A DNA stretch of 64,000 nt. It comes from an uncultured Actinomycetota bacterium. GTDB taxonomy: Bacteria; Actinomycetota; Acidimicrobiia; Spongiisociales; UBA5794. Shown in pieces: positions 30,284 to 41,891 of the stretch. The stretch spans positions 10,867 through 74,866 of the forward strand of contig CAWEEG010000057.1 in NCBI GenBank assembly GCA_963808015.1, written 5' to 3'. Every line of letters starts with the position of its first letter. The stretch's first letter is position 1. The notes under the pieces were generated by a model. It saw nothing but the letters and a program-made list of their open reading frames with translations, made no database searches and was not told the DNA's origin. Position numbers and translations under genes: made by a program.

Positions 30284-31224
30284 GGATTCTGCTGGAACCA
30301 GTCGATCGTCTGGACCAGGCCGTCGTCCAGGCTGGTCCACGGCTCCCATCCGAGGGCCTCGCGCGCGTCAGATGAGTCGAGACACGAGCGGCGCTGCTCC
30401 CCGGACCGTGCAGCCGCGTGGTTGGGGCGAGCCGGAGACCCAACGATGCGCGCCATCCGTTCGTAGAGGCCGACCACCGTGGTCTCGATCCCGGTGCCGA
30501 TGTTGAAGTACCGGTTCCCGCCCATCAACGCGGCACGCCAGCAGGCGTCGGTGACGTCTTCCACGAACACGTAGTCGCGCGTCTGGAGTCCGTCTCCATA
30601 GATCGTGGGCGTGCGCCCGCCGAGGAGATCACTGCTGAAGATCGCGACCACGCCGGCTTCACCCAAAGGATCCTGTCCCGGTCCGTACACGTTGGAGAAC
30701 CCCAGTGACGCGTAGTCGAGTCCTGCCGTGCGCTGGAAATAGCCGAGGTAGTCATCGACGATCATCTTGGCGACACCGTACGGGGATTCAGGTTTGCGCT
30801 CGACCGACTCGGGTGTGGGGATAACCGCCGTGTCTCCGACCGTCGCACCGCCCGAGGACGCGAAGATGATCCGATCGACACCTGCATCGCGTGCCGCCAC
30901 GAGGACATTGATCGTGCCGAGTACATTGATCGATGCGTCTCCGACGGGATCGGCAACCGAAGACCGGACGTCGATCTGCGCTGCAAGGTGAAACACCACC
31001 TCGGGAGCGAAGCCGATCAGCACGTCGCGCAGTTCGGGCGTGCGGATGTCCATTTGGTGGAAGTGGACCCGACCTCTCGACCGCGCCGCGGCGAGTCGGG
31101 ACAACGTACCGCTCGACAGGTCGTCCACGACCAACACCTCGGTGCCTTCGTCGATCAACCGATCGACGAGGTTCGAACCGATGAATCCCGCCCCGCCGGT
31201 CACGACGGCCTTGCCGATGCTCAT
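30280..31224 (-). CDS. NAD-dependent epimerase (UDP-glucose 4-epimerase-like)
   Basis: VTGGAGFIGS, HLAAQ, YGVAK, NVYGP, RDYVFVED. Confidence 0.92.
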   Translation of the reverse strand: MSIGKAVVTGGAGFIGSNLVDRLIDEGTEVLVVDDLSSGTLSRLAAARSRGRVHFHQMDIRTPELRDVLIGFAPEVVFHLAAQIDVRSSVADPVGDASINVLGTINVLVAARDAGVDRIIFASSGGATVGDTAVIPTPESVERKPESPYGVAKMIVDDYLGYFQRTAGLDYASLGFSNVYGPGQDPLGEAGVVAIFSSDLLGGRTPTIYGDGLQTRDYVFVEDVTDACWRAALMGGNRYFNIGTGIETTVVGLYERMARIVGSPARPNHAAARSGEQRRSCLDSSDAREALGWEPWTSLDDGLVQTIDWFQQNP

Positions 31225-31934
31225 GTGCCCCTCCGATCGCCGGGAAGCGTAGCGGGGTCATGGAGTCGAACCTCGCCGCTGTTGACAGCTACGACATCGC
31301 CGTTCGTCTCGACCAGGAGCGCACCGTCTTCCGAGATGCCGATAGCTGTACCCGATCCCGAGGGGTACGACACCCGGCGTCCGACCGTGATGCAGACCCG
31401 GCGGTACTCGTCTACCCCCCACGCCTCCGGCGGCCGGGCCATTCGCTCGAGGAACCGATCGACCCAGGCGACTGCGAGATCGCGGGCTTGGATTGCGTTC
31501 GACTCCTGCACAAAGAGGGCGGCCGCTCCGATCATCGGATCGTCCCAGACCATATTGATGCCACAGCCGACAACCACGAGTCCGTCGCCGGATTCTGCGA
31601 GGAGGCCCCCGATCTTCCCCTCCTCGACGACAAGATCGTTCGGCCAACGCAGGCCGACCGTGATTCCGCATCGCTCATCGATGGCCTCACGAACAGCGAG
31701 ACCGGCGACAAGCGGGATGCGGCTCCACGCCGGTGCCGGCCATGTCGGGATGAATGCGAACGACGAGAACAGCGCCCGGTCGGGTTCAACCCAGACACGT
31801 CCCAATCGGCCTCGGCCCTCGGGCTGGTTCTCGGCAATCACCAGGGTTGGATTCCCGCGGTCCGAGAGCGCGCGAGCTTCGTCCTGGGTCGATTCAGCCG
31901 ATTCGAGCTCAACAATCGCGTATGGTGTAGCCAA
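31221..31934 (-). CDS. birA: Biotin-protein ligase
   Basis: STQD, GRGRLGRVW, RWPNDL, KIGGLLAE. Confidence 0.92.
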   Translation of the reverse strand: MATPYAIVELESAESTQDEARALSDRGNPTLVIAENQPEGRGRLGRVWVEPDRALFSSFAFIPTWPAPAWSRIPLVAGLAVREAIDERCGITVGLRWPNDLVVEEGKIGGLLAESGDGLVVVGCGINMVWDDPMIGAAALFVQESNAIQARDLAVAWVDRFLERMARPPEAWGVDEYRRVCITVGRRVSYPSGSGTAIGISEDGALLVETNGDVVAVNSGEVRLHDPATLPGDRRGT

Positions 31935-31976
31935 TCACCCACCTCGATGGTCGAACCTGAGCCTACCGGGAGGCCT

Positions 31977-33528
31977 GTGAGCACCGAAGACCGCATCAAT
32001 AAGCTGCGCACCCTGCGCGAGGCCGCGCTCGCCCCTGCGAACCAGCGCCGCGATCGACCGCCAGCACGACCTCGGCAAGCTGACGGCACGCGAACGCGTC
32101 GAACTCCTTCTGGACAAGGATTCCTTCCAGGAACTCGACATGCTCGTGCGGCATCACGCCGCAGGTTTCGGCATCGAGGACAACCGCCCGCCGGGGGACG
32201 CTGTCATCACCGGATACGGAACGGTCGATGGGCGGACCGTGTTCTTGTTCGCCGAGGACTTCACCGCCTACGGCGGGAGCCTCGGAGCCGCCGTCGCAGA
32301 CAAGATCTGCAAGGTGATGGATCTAGCAATGGACAACGGCGCCCCGCTGATCGGTATCAAGGACTCAGGCGGCGCCAGGATTCAGGAGGGTGTCGCCGCG
32401 CTCCATGGCTACGGGCGCATCTTCGAACGGAATGTACGTGCGTCCGGTGTCATCCCCCAGATCTCGGTCATCATGGGGCCGTGTGCCGGTGGTGCGGTGT
32501 ATTCGCCTGCCATTACCGACTTCGTCTACCAAGTCGAAGAGACATCACACCTGTTCATCACTGGCCCGGAGGTCATCAAGACCGTCACCGGTGAAGATGT
32601 GACGATGGAGGAACTCGGTGGAGCACACGCCCATGCGACCCGGTCCGGCGTGACTCACTTTGTCGTGCCCGACGATCGCTCCGCGATGGAGGAGGTCCGC
32701 TTCCTTCTCTCATTCCTTCCACAGAACAACATGGAGGTCGCCCCCTTCTTCACCCCGCTCGACCGTCCCGAGCGGATGGATGAAGTCCTCACAACGATCA
32801 TCCCCGACTCGCCGAACCAACCGTACGACATGGTTGATGTTGTCGCGGCGATCGTCGATGACGGCGAGTTCTATCAAGTGCATGAGCACTTCGCCCCGAA
32901 CATCATCGTCGGTTTTGCCAGGCTCGACGGCTACACCATCGGTGTTGTCGGAAACCAGCCGGCATCCCTTGCAGGGACCCTCGACATCAGCGCCTCGGAG
33001 AAGGCCGCTCGATTTGTCCGCTTCTGCGACGCTTTCAACATCCCGCTTGTCACCATGGTCGACGTGCCGGGGTTCCTCCCCGGCGTTGGACAGGAGCACA
33101 ACGGAATCATCCGACACGGCGCAAAACTGCTGTACGCGTTCTCCGAGGCAACGGTCCCGCGGGTGACGGTGATCACTCGGAAGGCCTACGGCGGCGCCTT
33201 CCTGGTCATGAACGCCCGAGCGGTCCGCGCCGACGTGGTGTTTGCATGGCCGACTGCGGAGATCGCCGTCATGGGTGCCCCCGGTGCCGTCAACATCATC
33301 CACCGCAAGGAACTGCGGGCGGCGGAGGACGCCGAGTCGGAACGCCGGCGGCTGATCGACGAGTACGAGGATCGATTCAACAACCCGTACGTCGCAGCCG
33401 AACGCGGCTATATCGACGACGTGATCGAAGCCCGCGAGACACGGCCGCGACTGATTCGTGCCCTTGCGATGCTGCGGAACAAGAGAGAGGCCATGCCTCC
33501 GAGGAAACACGGCAACATCCCGCTGTAG
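31977..33528 (+). CDS. Acyl-CoA carboxylase carboxyltransferase (beta) subunit, indel near 32045
   Basis: [52 protein letters not shown]. Confidence 0.95.
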
Positions 33529-33583
33529 GCGCACCAGCCGGACAGATCAACGGTCACGAGTGCCAGGACCGACTTCGCTCCAC

Positions 33584-34363
33584 TCACGGTCGACACGTCC
33601 AATGCGCCCACGCCGGCCGGCCGGCCTCCACGGAATGGGCGACGAGCCATGCCGCCGCTGCAACGTTCGCTTCGGGATCAAGGGGTGAGGAACCGCCGAA
33701 CCCGGCTTGCTCTGAGGCGTGTTCCCACGTGCCGCTGATGAACTGGAACAGACCGGCGGCGCTGCTTCGCGGATTGCTGACGAAGGGGTCGCCGTTCGAC
33801 TCGCAATCGATGATCGAGAGGGCCTCGCCAACGCGCTCCACCGGGAAATACCGCTCGACCAGTGGGCGCCATCGCTCCACGGGATCAGCGGCGGCTTTCG
33901 CGACCGCCTCCTCGTCTGCGTCCGTTGCGGCAGCTTCGCTCGCCGAAGGCAGATTGTCTGCCTCGCTCCGTCGTTCGCTGAGATCCACGACCGTAGCCGG
34001 CACATCGGTATCGGTCGGTGGTCCGAGGACCTCGGCGATCAGCTGATTCACCTCGGGAATCGCGAGCACTCCGGTCCGCTGCCCTGTGTCGGCAACGGTG
34101 AGGACGAGTTCGGCGACGGCGTCGAGTAGCTTGCCCACTCCATCGCCGCCGAGATCCGTCACGTCGGCCAAGAACTCGACAGCTTCACTCCGTCGATCAG
34201 GATCGCCCCCCAACACCGCCTGATCGACGATCTCGAACACGGATGCTGCGTACGCCTGCTCACCTGATCGGGCTCCGGTGTGGTCGGCACGCGCAGCAGC
34301 GGCCGACGACGCGGCAAGGCCGAGCGCGACGAACCACACGATGAAGAAGCGGGGATACCGCAT
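33584..34363 (-). CDS. Secreted lytic transglycosylase (SLT domain)
   Basis: Signal peptide; IIDCESNG, AAGLFQF...TW, NVAAAAWL, WAHW. Confidence 0.85.
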   Translation of the reverse strand: MRYPRFFIVWFVALGLAASSAAAARADHTGARSGEQAYAASVFEIVDQAVLGGDPDRRSEAVEFLADVTDLGGDGVGKLLDAVAELVLTVADTGQRTGVLAIPEVNQLIAEVLGPPTDTDVPATVVDLSERRSEADNLPSASEAAATDADEEAVAKAAADPVERWRPLVERYFPVERVGEALSIIDCESNGDPFVSNPRSSAAGLFQFISGTWEHASEQAGFGGSSPLDPEANVAAAAWLVAHSVEAGRPAWAHWTCRP

Positions 34364-34488
34364 GGGGAGACCCATGAGGAACGTCAGGCTATGGAGCAGA
34401 CCCGGGTACCTGCGGCATTCGTAACCCGGCTCGGTGATCCGGAGTCGGACCGAAGACGACCAGCCCTTCTCCATTCGAACTTCCTAGG

Positions 34489-36243
34489 ATGCTCGCTGTG
34501 AAATCTGTTCTCATTGCGAACCGTGGCGAAATCGCCGTACGCGTGATCCGCGCGGCGCGAGACCTCGGCCTCCATACGATCGCCGTCTACTCGGAACTCG
34601 ATCGCAACGCCCTCCACGTCAATCTCGCCGACGAGGCGTGGAACATCGGCCCGGCACCGTCGGCGGAGTCGTACCTCAACATCTCGCGCATCCTCGAAGT
34701 GGCCCGCGAGTCGGGCGCCGATGCGATCCACCCCGGCTACGGGTTCCTCGCAGAAAACGCAGGGTTTGCTCAGGCCATCATCGATGCCGGATTGATCTGG
34801 GTCGGCCCGTCGCCGGACGCCATCACAACGATGGGAGACAAGATCGCTTCGCGCGTGGCCGCGGATCGGGCCGGTGTTGCATCGGTTCCCGGCACCATTG
34901 AGCCGCTCACAGATGTTGCCGACGTTCGGGCATTTGCCGAAATACACGGTTTTCCTGTTGCCATCAAGGCAGCGCACGGGGGCGGCGGCAAAGGGCTGAA
35001 GGTTGTGTACGAGCCGGACGACCTCGAGTCGGCGTTCGAGAGCGCTCGCCGCGAATCCGAAGCATGGTTTGCCAATCCCGAGGTCTACGTGGAGCGCTAT
35101 CTCCAAAAGCCACGGCACATCGAGGCACAGATCATCCTCGACACGCACGGCAACGCCATGTTCCTCGGCGAGCGGGATTGCTCGCTGCAGCGACGCCACC
35201 AAAAGCTCGTGGAAGAGACCCCCGCTCCCGGGTTCACCGACGTCCAGCGAGCGAAGCTCGAACAGGCAGCACTCGCCATCGCCCGCGCCACCGGATACGT
35301 CAATGCCGGGACGGTGGAGTTCCTCATGGACACCAGCGGCGACCTGTTCTTCCTCGAGATGAACACCAGGATCCAGGTGGAGCACACCATCACCGAGGAG
35401 ACGACCGGTATCGATCTCGTCGCGGAGCAGCTTCGCGTCGCGGCGGGTGAACCGCTCTCGTTCGACACCGTCGAGCGCAGCGGGCATGCCATCGAATTCC
35501 GGATCAACGCCGAGGACCCCGCGGGCGGGTTCCTTCCGACGCCGGGGAAGCTCTCCACGTACCGCGAACCCGCAGGACCATGGGTTCGCGTCGACAGCGG
35601 TGTCTGCCAGGGCGCCCGAATCTCGCAGTACTACGACAACCTCATCGCAAAACTCGTCGTTCGGGGACGCGACCGCGACGAAGCCATCCGCCGCTCGATC
35701 CGGGCGTTGCACGAATTCGAGATCGAGGGAGTTGAGACGACGATCCCCGCCCATCTGCGGATCCTCGAGGGCCCGGACTTCGCTGCCGGAACGATCCACA
35801 CGAGGCTGGTCGAAGACTCGATGGACTTCACCGATCTGGCCACCACCACATCGCCTGCGATCCCGGAGGACGAGGAGCTGAGCGAGCGCGAGATCACCGT
35901 CGAGGTTGGTGGCCGGCGCTTCGAGGTGAAGTACTGGTCACAGGTCATCGCCTCGACAGGATCGGGACAACGGCCCACCCCTCGCAGAAAGGCTCCGAAG
36001 CTGGGCAAACAGGGGCCGTCCAACGGTGAGGAAGGGCTCGTCGTTGCTCCGATGCAAGGCACCATCGTGAAGGTGCACCATGCCGCCGGCGAGTCGGTGC
36101 GCGCAAACGAACCGGTATGTGTGCTCGAAGCGATGAAAATGGAGAACGAGATGACGGCACCGATCGATGGCGACATCGTGGATCTGCGCGTGCAACCCGG
36201 TGACACCGTCACGGCAGGCGCGATCATCATGATCATCAAGTAG
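34489..36243 (+). CDS. Biotin carboxylase/BCCP (acyl-CoA carboxylase alpha subunit)
   Basis: ANRGEIA, HPGYGFLAEN, GGGGKG, ERDCSLQRRHQK, EAMKM. Confidence 0.96.
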   Translation: MLAVKSVLIANRGEIAVRVIRAARDLGLHTIAVYSELDRNALHVNLADEAWNIGPAPSAESYLNISRILEVARESGADAIHPGYGFLAENAGFAQAIIDAGLIWVGPSPDAITTMGDKIASRVAADRAGVASVPGTIEPLTDVADVRAFAEIHGFPVAIKAAHGGGGKGLKVVYEPDDLESAFESARRESEAWFANPEVYVERYLQKPRHIEAQIILDTHGNAMFLGERDCSLQRRHQKLVEETPAPGFTDVQRAKLEQAALAIARATGYVNAGTVEFLMDTSGDLFFLEMNTRIQVEHTITEETTGIDLVAEQLRVAAGEPLSFDTVERSGHAIEFRINAEDPAGGFLPTPGKLSTYREPAGPWVRVDSGVCQGARISQYYDNLIAKLVVRGRDRDEAIRRSIRALHEFEIEGVETTIPAHLRILEGPDFAAGTIHTRLVEDSMDFTDLATTTSPAIPEDEELSEREITVEVGGRRFEVKYWSQVIASTGSGQRPTPRRKAPKLGKQGPSNGEEGLVVAPMQGTIVKVHHAAGESVRANEPVCVLEAMKMENEMTAPIDGDIVDLRVQPGDTVTAGAIIMIIK

Positions 36244-36270
36244 CCGTATCACCGACCGGACGCTTCGGCG

Positions 36271-37824
36271 TTACGCGTGACGGTAGCGACCGAAGACTCC
36301 GACGAGAGCGGCAGACACCTCACCGACCGTTGCCTCGAGCCGGAGCGCGTCGCGAATCGGGTAGAGGAGATTCGTATCTCCGGCTGCTGCTTCTCGAAGT
36401 GCAGTGAACGCCGCATCAACAGCATCCTGGTCACGTGCGGCACGCAGCTTCCGCAGGCGCTCTACCTGATCACCTTCAACCTTCGGGTCGACGCGAAGCA
36501 GGTCATTCGGCTCCGAGTCCGGCGCTTCGAAGCGGTTCACCCCGACGATCACGGTTGAATCGGCTTCGACCGATCGCGCGTACTCATACGCGGCGTCTTC
36601 GATCTCACGCTGCTGGAACCCGGCCTCAATGGCGGCCACCGCGCCACCGAGCTCGTCGATTCTGTTGATGAGATCGAGTGCCTCAGTCTCGAGGCGGTCC
36701 GTGAGCGACTCAACGAAGTAGGAACCGGCGAGCGGATCAACAACCGAGGCGACACCTGACTCGTAGCCGAGAATCTGCTGGGTCCGCAGCGCAATCATCA
36801 CAGCGTCCTCGGTCGGCAGGCCGAGGGCCTCGTCGTATGAATTCGTATGGAGCGACTGGGTGCCTCCGAGAACGGCAGCCAATGCTTGGTATGCGGTGCG
36901 GACAACATTGTTCTGCGGCTGCTGCGCCGTGAGCGTGGAACCCGCCGTTTGTGTATGGAATCGCATCCTCCACGAGTCCGGCGAGATCGCACCGACCCGA
37001 TCCTTCATGAGCCGCGCCCACAGGCGACGGGCGGCACGGAACTTCGCCGCCTCTTCGAACAGATCGTTGTGGGAGTTCCAGAAGAACGACAGACGTGGAG
37101 CGAAGGCGTCGACGTCGAGACCTGCTCGCTTCGCCGCCTCGACATACGCCAGCCCATTGGCGATCGTGAACGCGATCTCCTGGGCAGCTGTGGAGCCGGC
37201 CTCGCGGATGTGATATCCGCTGATCGAGATCGTATTCCAGTTCGGCAGCTCGGTTGCGCAATACGAGAACACGTCGGTGATGAGCCTCATCGACGGTGCC
37301 GCTGGGAAGATGTAGGTGCCGCGAGCGATGTACTCCTTGAGGATGTCGTTCTGCACCGTGCCGCGCACGCGGTCTGGTGCGACACCCTGCTCCTCCGCGA
37401 CCAGTTGATACAGCAGAAGCAGAATTGCCGCCGTGGAGTTGATGGTCATCGATGTTGTGACATCTCCGAGCGGTATCCGGTCGAACAGTCGACGCATATC
37501 GTCGATCGAATCGATCGCAACCCCGACCTTTCCGACCTCACCCACCGACATCGGATCATCTGAGTCGAGGCCCATCTGGGTCGGCAGGTCGAAGGCTACG
37601 GACAGGCCCGTTTGCCCGGCGTCGAGCAGCGTCCGGAACCGCATGTTCGTAGCTTCAGCGTCCCCGAAACCGGCGTATTGACGCATCGTCCAGAGGCGGC
37701 CGGTGTACATCGACGGGTACGGACCGCGGGTGTATGGGTAGGCCCCTGCAGCACCGAGCGCGTCGTCCGGGTCCCAGTCTGTCAGGTCTTCCGGGCCGTA
37801 GGAGGTTTCGCGTCGTTCGCTCAT
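36271..37824 (-). CDS. Methylmalonyl-CoA mutase large (substrate-binding) subunit
   Basis: RQYAGF (Tyr form), [32 protein letters not shown]; no B12-binding DxHxxG domain. Confidence 0.93.
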   Translation of the reverse strand: MSERRETSYGPEDLTDWDPDDALGAAGAYPYTRGPYPSMYTGRLWTMRQYAGFGDAEATNMRFRTLLDAGQTGLSVAFDLPTQMGLDSDDPMSVGEVGKVGVAIDSIDDMRRLFDRIPLGDVTTSMTINSTAAILLLLYQLVAEEQGVAPDRVRGTVQNDILKEYIARGTYIFPAAPSMRLITDVFSYCATELPNWNTISISGYHIREAGSTAAQEIAFTIANGLAYVEAAKRAGLDVDAFAPRLSFFWNSHNDLFEEAAKFRAARRLWARLMKDRVGAISPDSWRMRFHTQTAGSTLTAQQPQNNVVRTAYQALAAVLGGTQSLHTNSYDEALGLPTEDAVMIALRTQQILGYESGVASVVDPLAGSYFVESLTDRLETEALDLINRIDELGGAVAAIEAGFQQREIEDAAYEYARSVEADSTVIVGVNRFEAPDSEPNDLLRVDPKVEGDQVERLRKLRAARDQDAVDAAFTALREAAAGDTNLLYPIRDALRLEATVGEVSAALVGVFGRYRHA

Positions 37825-37928
37825 GAATGCCTGGGTCCGGGGTCTATCGGGGGTCTGTTCCTATGCTTTTTCGCGAACCCGATGCTACTTGCGGGAACGA
37901 ACGGCGAAGCGGATACGTCTCATACCTC

Positions 37929-40427
37929 ATGGAACCGACCATTCACGAAGCCCATCGGGATGACAGAAAGCGGCGGCGGCTGCCGGCGTTCATTCTGCTC
38001 GCCGTCGTCACTGTGGTGGGAGCCGGCTGGGTCGGCCTCTTCGGATTCCTCGGCTCCAACGCCGCACTCGGGACCGTCGAGGACATCGAAGAACGCTACT
38101 TCTGCGACGTCACATCCATGGATCTCTCGTTTCCCGACGTGTCGAGGCTCTCTCGAGTGACCACCGCAGACGAAATCGAACTCGGGAAGCTCTCTGAGCG
38201 CAACAGCCAGCCCGTGTCGCTCGACGAAATGCCGGAGCTCGTCGTGGGTGCGTTGCTCTCCGCCGAGGACGACAGCTTCTACGAGCACGAGGGCGTCGAC
38301 TTCAAGGCCATCGTGGGCTCTGCGATACGAGGTGCCGACACCGGTGCCTCGACCATCACCCAGCAGGTTGTGAAGCAGACGTATCTGTCGACCGAGCGCA
38401 CACTCGAACGGAAGATCTGCGAGGCCCAGGTCGCCGCGGAACTCGAGGAGCGGTACTCCAAGGATCAGATTCTCGAGTTCTATGCGAACTCGGTCTACTT
38501 CGGTTCCAACGCCTACGGCGTCCGTGCGGCGGCCCAGGAATACTTCGCCAAGGATCTGGATGAACTCACGATGGCGGAGGCCGCAACACTGGTGACGCCC
38601 ATCCGGAACCCGACGATCTATCACCCCAGGCAGAACCCGCAGAATTCGTTCGCCGTGCGCAACCGGACCATCGACCTGATGGTGGCGAACGGATACGCAA
38701 CTCCAGAGGATGGCGAAGCTGCAAAGCAGCAGCCCCTCGGCGTCGTGCCACACTCGATACGTGAGGAACTCGATCCGCTCGTCATGCTTGCGGTTCGCCA
38801 GGAACTCCTCGATTCCGACGGTTATGGACTCGGCGATTCGTATTCGGAACGCAAGCAGGCCCTCTTCGGATGTCCGGCGGCAGACACCGCCTGCGAGGGC
38901 GGCGGTGGACTCCACATCGAGATCACCGTCGACTACGACCTGCAGACCGAGGCGAACCGCATCCTGAGAGCCTGGTTCCGACCGGAGTACGAGGGGCCGA
39001 CCGGGGCGATCGCAACCATCGAGAACGAGACGGGCGCAATCCGGGTGATCGCGTCCGGCGTTGACTTCGGAGACGATCTCGAGGCCGGTGAACGTCCATA
39101 TGACCTGGCCAGCGCGGGTGCACGGAACGCTGGGTCGGCATTCAAGCCGTTCACCTTGGCCGCCGCTCTCGAGGGGGGTGACCTCTCCGGCCGACCGGTG
39201 ACGCTCGCCTCTCTCTGGGATCGATCCAGCCCCGCGGTTATCGACTGCGGGTACCCATGCTCGGCGGATGGAAACACGTGGACAGTGCAGAACGCCGGTG
39301 GTAACTCGGCGCACGATCTCCAAACCCTCGAGTCGGCGACGTACAACTCGACCAACACCGTGTATGCACGGGTCATCGACGCAATCGGCCCGGAAGCCGT
39401 CGTCGACACGGCACGGCGCCTCGGTATCACATCGCAGTACCTCAAGGCCTTTCCCTCGATCACCCTTGGCGCCGCATCAGTCAGTCCGCTGGAGATGGCC
39501 GCCGCGTACTCGACGCTCGCCAACTACGGGAGCCGTGTCGAGCCGTACATCATCGAGCGGATCACCGATTCCGCGGGAACGGTGATCTACGAACACGCAC
39601 CACACAGCGTCCCCGCGCTCGACCGCTCGGTTGCCGCCGTAGTCGTCAGCACGCTCGAAAAGGTCGTCAGCCAGGGAACCGGCAAACGAGCCGACATCGG
39701 GCGCCCCCAGGCAGGGAAGACGGGGACCGCGACCGACCACACGGATGTCTGGTTCGCCGGGTTCGTGCCCCAACTGACCACAACGGTATGGGTCGGGTAT
39801 CCCGATCGCCCGCTCCCGATGGAGCGCTTCACCATCTGGAACGATCTCGAGGGCGAGACCCAGGACGTGCAGCGAGCGTTTGGCGGCACCGTTGCTGCGC
39901 CTGTTTGGAGACAATTCATGGAGTACGCGACGGCAGACCTGTCACCTGTGGACTTCCCCGAAGAACCGATCGGATCCGACGTCTACCGGATCGTCCCGAG
40001 AACCGTCGTGCCCGACCTCAGCGGATTGAGCGGTGACCAGGTGGCCGACGCGGTCTACGGGGCGGGATTGCGACTCGACCGGATCGACGTAGCTTCTTCG
40101 CTTCCCGGGGGCCACGTCATCAACATCGTCCCTCGCCCCGGTACAGCGCTGCGCCAAGGCGCCACCGTCAATGTGCTGATATCCACCGGCGAACCCGAAC
40201 CGGCTCGTACTCCCAATCTCGTCGGACTACCCCTCGCCGATGTCAGCGCTGCACTCGACGATTTCCGCTCGGAGAACGACATACAGGTCACGTGGACCGT
40301 TGAGTATGCCGTGATCAGCGACGGATCGAGATGGGGCTACGTCATCGCGACCGAACCTTCCGCGGGTTCGGCCATTGCAGACGCCGCAACAATCAACGTG
40401 ATCGTTGGCCAGCAACCGAGCGGGTAG
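37929..40427 (+). CDS. Class A penicillin-binding protein with PASTA domains
   Basis: EDDSFYEHEGVD, GASTITQQ, SAFK, STN, KTGT; two C-terminal PASTA-like repeats. Confidence 0.92.
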   Translation: MEPTIHEAHRDDRKRRRLPAFILLAVVTVVGAGWVGLFGFLGSNAALGTVEDIEERYFCDVTSMDLSFPDVSRLSRVTTADEIELGKLSERNSQPVSLDEMPELVVGALLSAEDDSFYEHEGVDFKAIVGSAIRGADTGASTITQQVVKQTYLSTERTLERKICEAQVAAELEERYSKDQILEFYANSVYFGSNAYGVRAAAQEYFAKDLDELTMAEAATLVTPIRNPTIYHPRQNPQNSFAVRNRTIDLMVANGYATPEDGEAAKQQPLGVVPHSIREELDPLVMLAVRQELLDSDGYGLGDSYSERKQALFGCPAADTACEGGGGLHIEITVDYDLQTEANRILRAWFRPEYEGPTGAIATIENETGAIRVIASGVDFGDDLEAGERPYDLASAGARNAGSAFKPFTLAAALEGGDLSGRPVTLASLWDRSSPAVIDCGYPCSADGNTWTVQNAGGNSAHDLQTLESATYNSTNTVYARVIDAIGPEAVVDTARRLGITSQYLKAFPSITLGAASVSPLEMAAAYSTLANYGSRVEPYIIERITDSAGTVIYEHAPHSVPALDRSVAAVVVSTLEKVVSQGTGKRADIGRPQAGKTGTATDHTDVWFAGFVPQLTTTVWVGYPDRPLPMERFTIWNDLEGETQDVQRAFGGTVAAPVWRQFMEYATADLSPVDFPEEPIGSDVYRIVPRTVVPDLSGLSGDQVADAVYGAGLRLDRIDVASSLPGGHVINIVPRPGTALRQGATVNVLISTGEPEPARTPNLVGLPLADVSAALDDFRSENDIQVTWTVEYAVISDGSRWGYVIATEPSAGSAIADAATINVIVGQQPSG

Positions 40428-40576
40428 CCGCGGTTGGCATCTCCGGCGGTCAACGCCGGGACGATTCTCGAGTCGGGCGCCCACGGAGAGCTCGTCGATC
40501 ATCCTGGGATCCACCGTTCCTTGGGGGCGGTGCATACCGGCTCGGCCGTTGGAGACTGAACGAAAGGTTTCGCGGC

Positions 40577-40626
40577 CTTATCCATGTCTCTTGACGCTTA
40601 TTGATGTTATTTGATATGTATTACGT
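40577..40626 (+). promoter_or_regulatory. AT-rich promoter with TTGACG -35 and TTAT(T)TGAT direct repeats
   Basis: CTTGACGCTTATTGATGTTATTTGATATGTATTACGT directly before ATG 40627. Confidence 0.55.
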
Positions 40627-41103
40627 ATGTCGTTCACAGCCACGGCGGCGCCCGGAGCCGTTCCCCGAGACAGTGCTCGTCCTCCCACCCGTACCGGGGT
40701 TCCCGCGCCACCTCCGGGCGCCGCCGTTCCATCGGGCGGCGCCACACGCCCAACCGCCGCACGCCGGATCACAGTTCAGCCCGCTTTGTGGAGGGAGCGC
40801 CCGCCCGGATTCCCGACGCAGCATCCGTACGTGCGGAGGTTCTGGACCGCCGCCATCGGTTCGGGGGCGGTCGCCGACCTGATGCGTCTCGCCGTCGCCG
40901 CACAACGCGGCCGCCCCCTTCTCCTGCCGACGTCGACCGCGCTGCTCACCCAGGAGGGCCTCGTCTCCTGGAGCCGCGGCCGCCTGCTCGCCGGCATCTC
41001 GGTCCCGCCGGTCCCGGAGCGCCATCTCCGACGGATGCCCCCGTCACTGCAGCGCGAACACCGTCGGATCGTCGCCAACTTGCGAACTGAAGTCGGAGTC
41101 TGA
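40627..41103 (+). CDS. Hypothetical protein
   Basis: ORF behind the AT-rich promoter, upstream of the sirtuin; HPYVRRFWTAAIG motif. Confidence 0.6.
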   Translation: MSFTATAAPGAVPRDSARPPTRTGVPAPPPGAAVPSGGATRPTAARRITVQPALWRERPPGFPTQHPYVRRFWTAAIGSGAVADLMRLAVAAQRGRPLLLPTSTALLTQEGLVSWSRGRLLAGISVPPVPERHLRRMPPSLQREHRRIVANLRTEVGV

Positions 41104-41114
41104 AGACTGGGGAT

Positions 41115-41864
41115 GTGATCGACGATGCCGTCTCAGCGCTTGCGGACCGAACCAGGATCCTCGTGTTCACCGGCGCCGGGATCTCCACCGAGTCCGGGAT
41201 TCCCGACTTCCGCGGACCACACGGGATCTGGAAACGCGTCGACCCCGCGGACTATACGTACGACCGGTATGTGAACGATCCGGAGTTCCGAGTGAACACC
41301 TGGGGTAGCCGTTTTGCTTCCCCCCTCATCGATGCAACACCCAACGGGGCACATCACGCTGTGACCCGCCTCTGGGAGTCGGGTCGGGTGGTCGGTTGTG
41401 TCACGCAGAACATCGACGGACTCCACACCGCCGCGGGTCTTGATCCCGCGTCACTCGTTGAGCTCCACGGCAACGCCCACCGCATCCACTGCATCGGCTG
41501 CGGTGACGAGCCTGACTTCGACAAGGTCGAGCGGCGGTGGAAGTCTGGCGCCGTCGATCCGGAGTGCCTCCGCTGTGGTGGCATCCTGAAGACCAAGGTT
41601 GTGTACTTCGGGGAGGAGCTTCCGCCCCAGGCGACGTACCGAGCGTGGGACATGGCGGAACGGGCCGACGCGGCGATCGTCATCGGCTCGACCTTGAGCG
41701 TCTACCCGGCTGCGTTTGTCCCCCTCGCCGTGGTCGAGAACGGCAATCCGATGGTGATCGTCAATCAGGGTCGGACCGATCATGACTTCCGTGCGACTGC
41801 CCTCGTGGACGGCACAGCGGGCAATGTCGTTCCCGAATTGGTCCACCGACTCACCCGGGACTGA
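41115..41864 (+). CDS. cobB: Sir2-family NAD-dependent deacylase
   Basis: GAGISTESGIPDFRG, TQNIDGLH, ELHG, two CxxC, GSTLSVYPAA. Confidence 0.93.
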   Translation: MIDDAVSALADRTRILVFTGAGISTESGIPDFRGPHGIWKRVDPADYTYDRYVNDPEFRVNTWGSRFASPLIDATPNGAHHAVTRLWESGRVVGCVTQNIDGLHTAAGLDPASLVELHGNAHRIHCIGCGDEPDFDKVERRWKSGAVDPECLRCGGILKTKVVYFGEELPPQATYRAWDMAERADAAIVIGSTLSVYPAAFVPLAVVENGNPMVIVNQGRTDHDFRATALVDGTAGNVVPELVHRLTRD

Positions 41865-41891
41865 CTCTGGACGGGCACTAGCCTCCACGAC

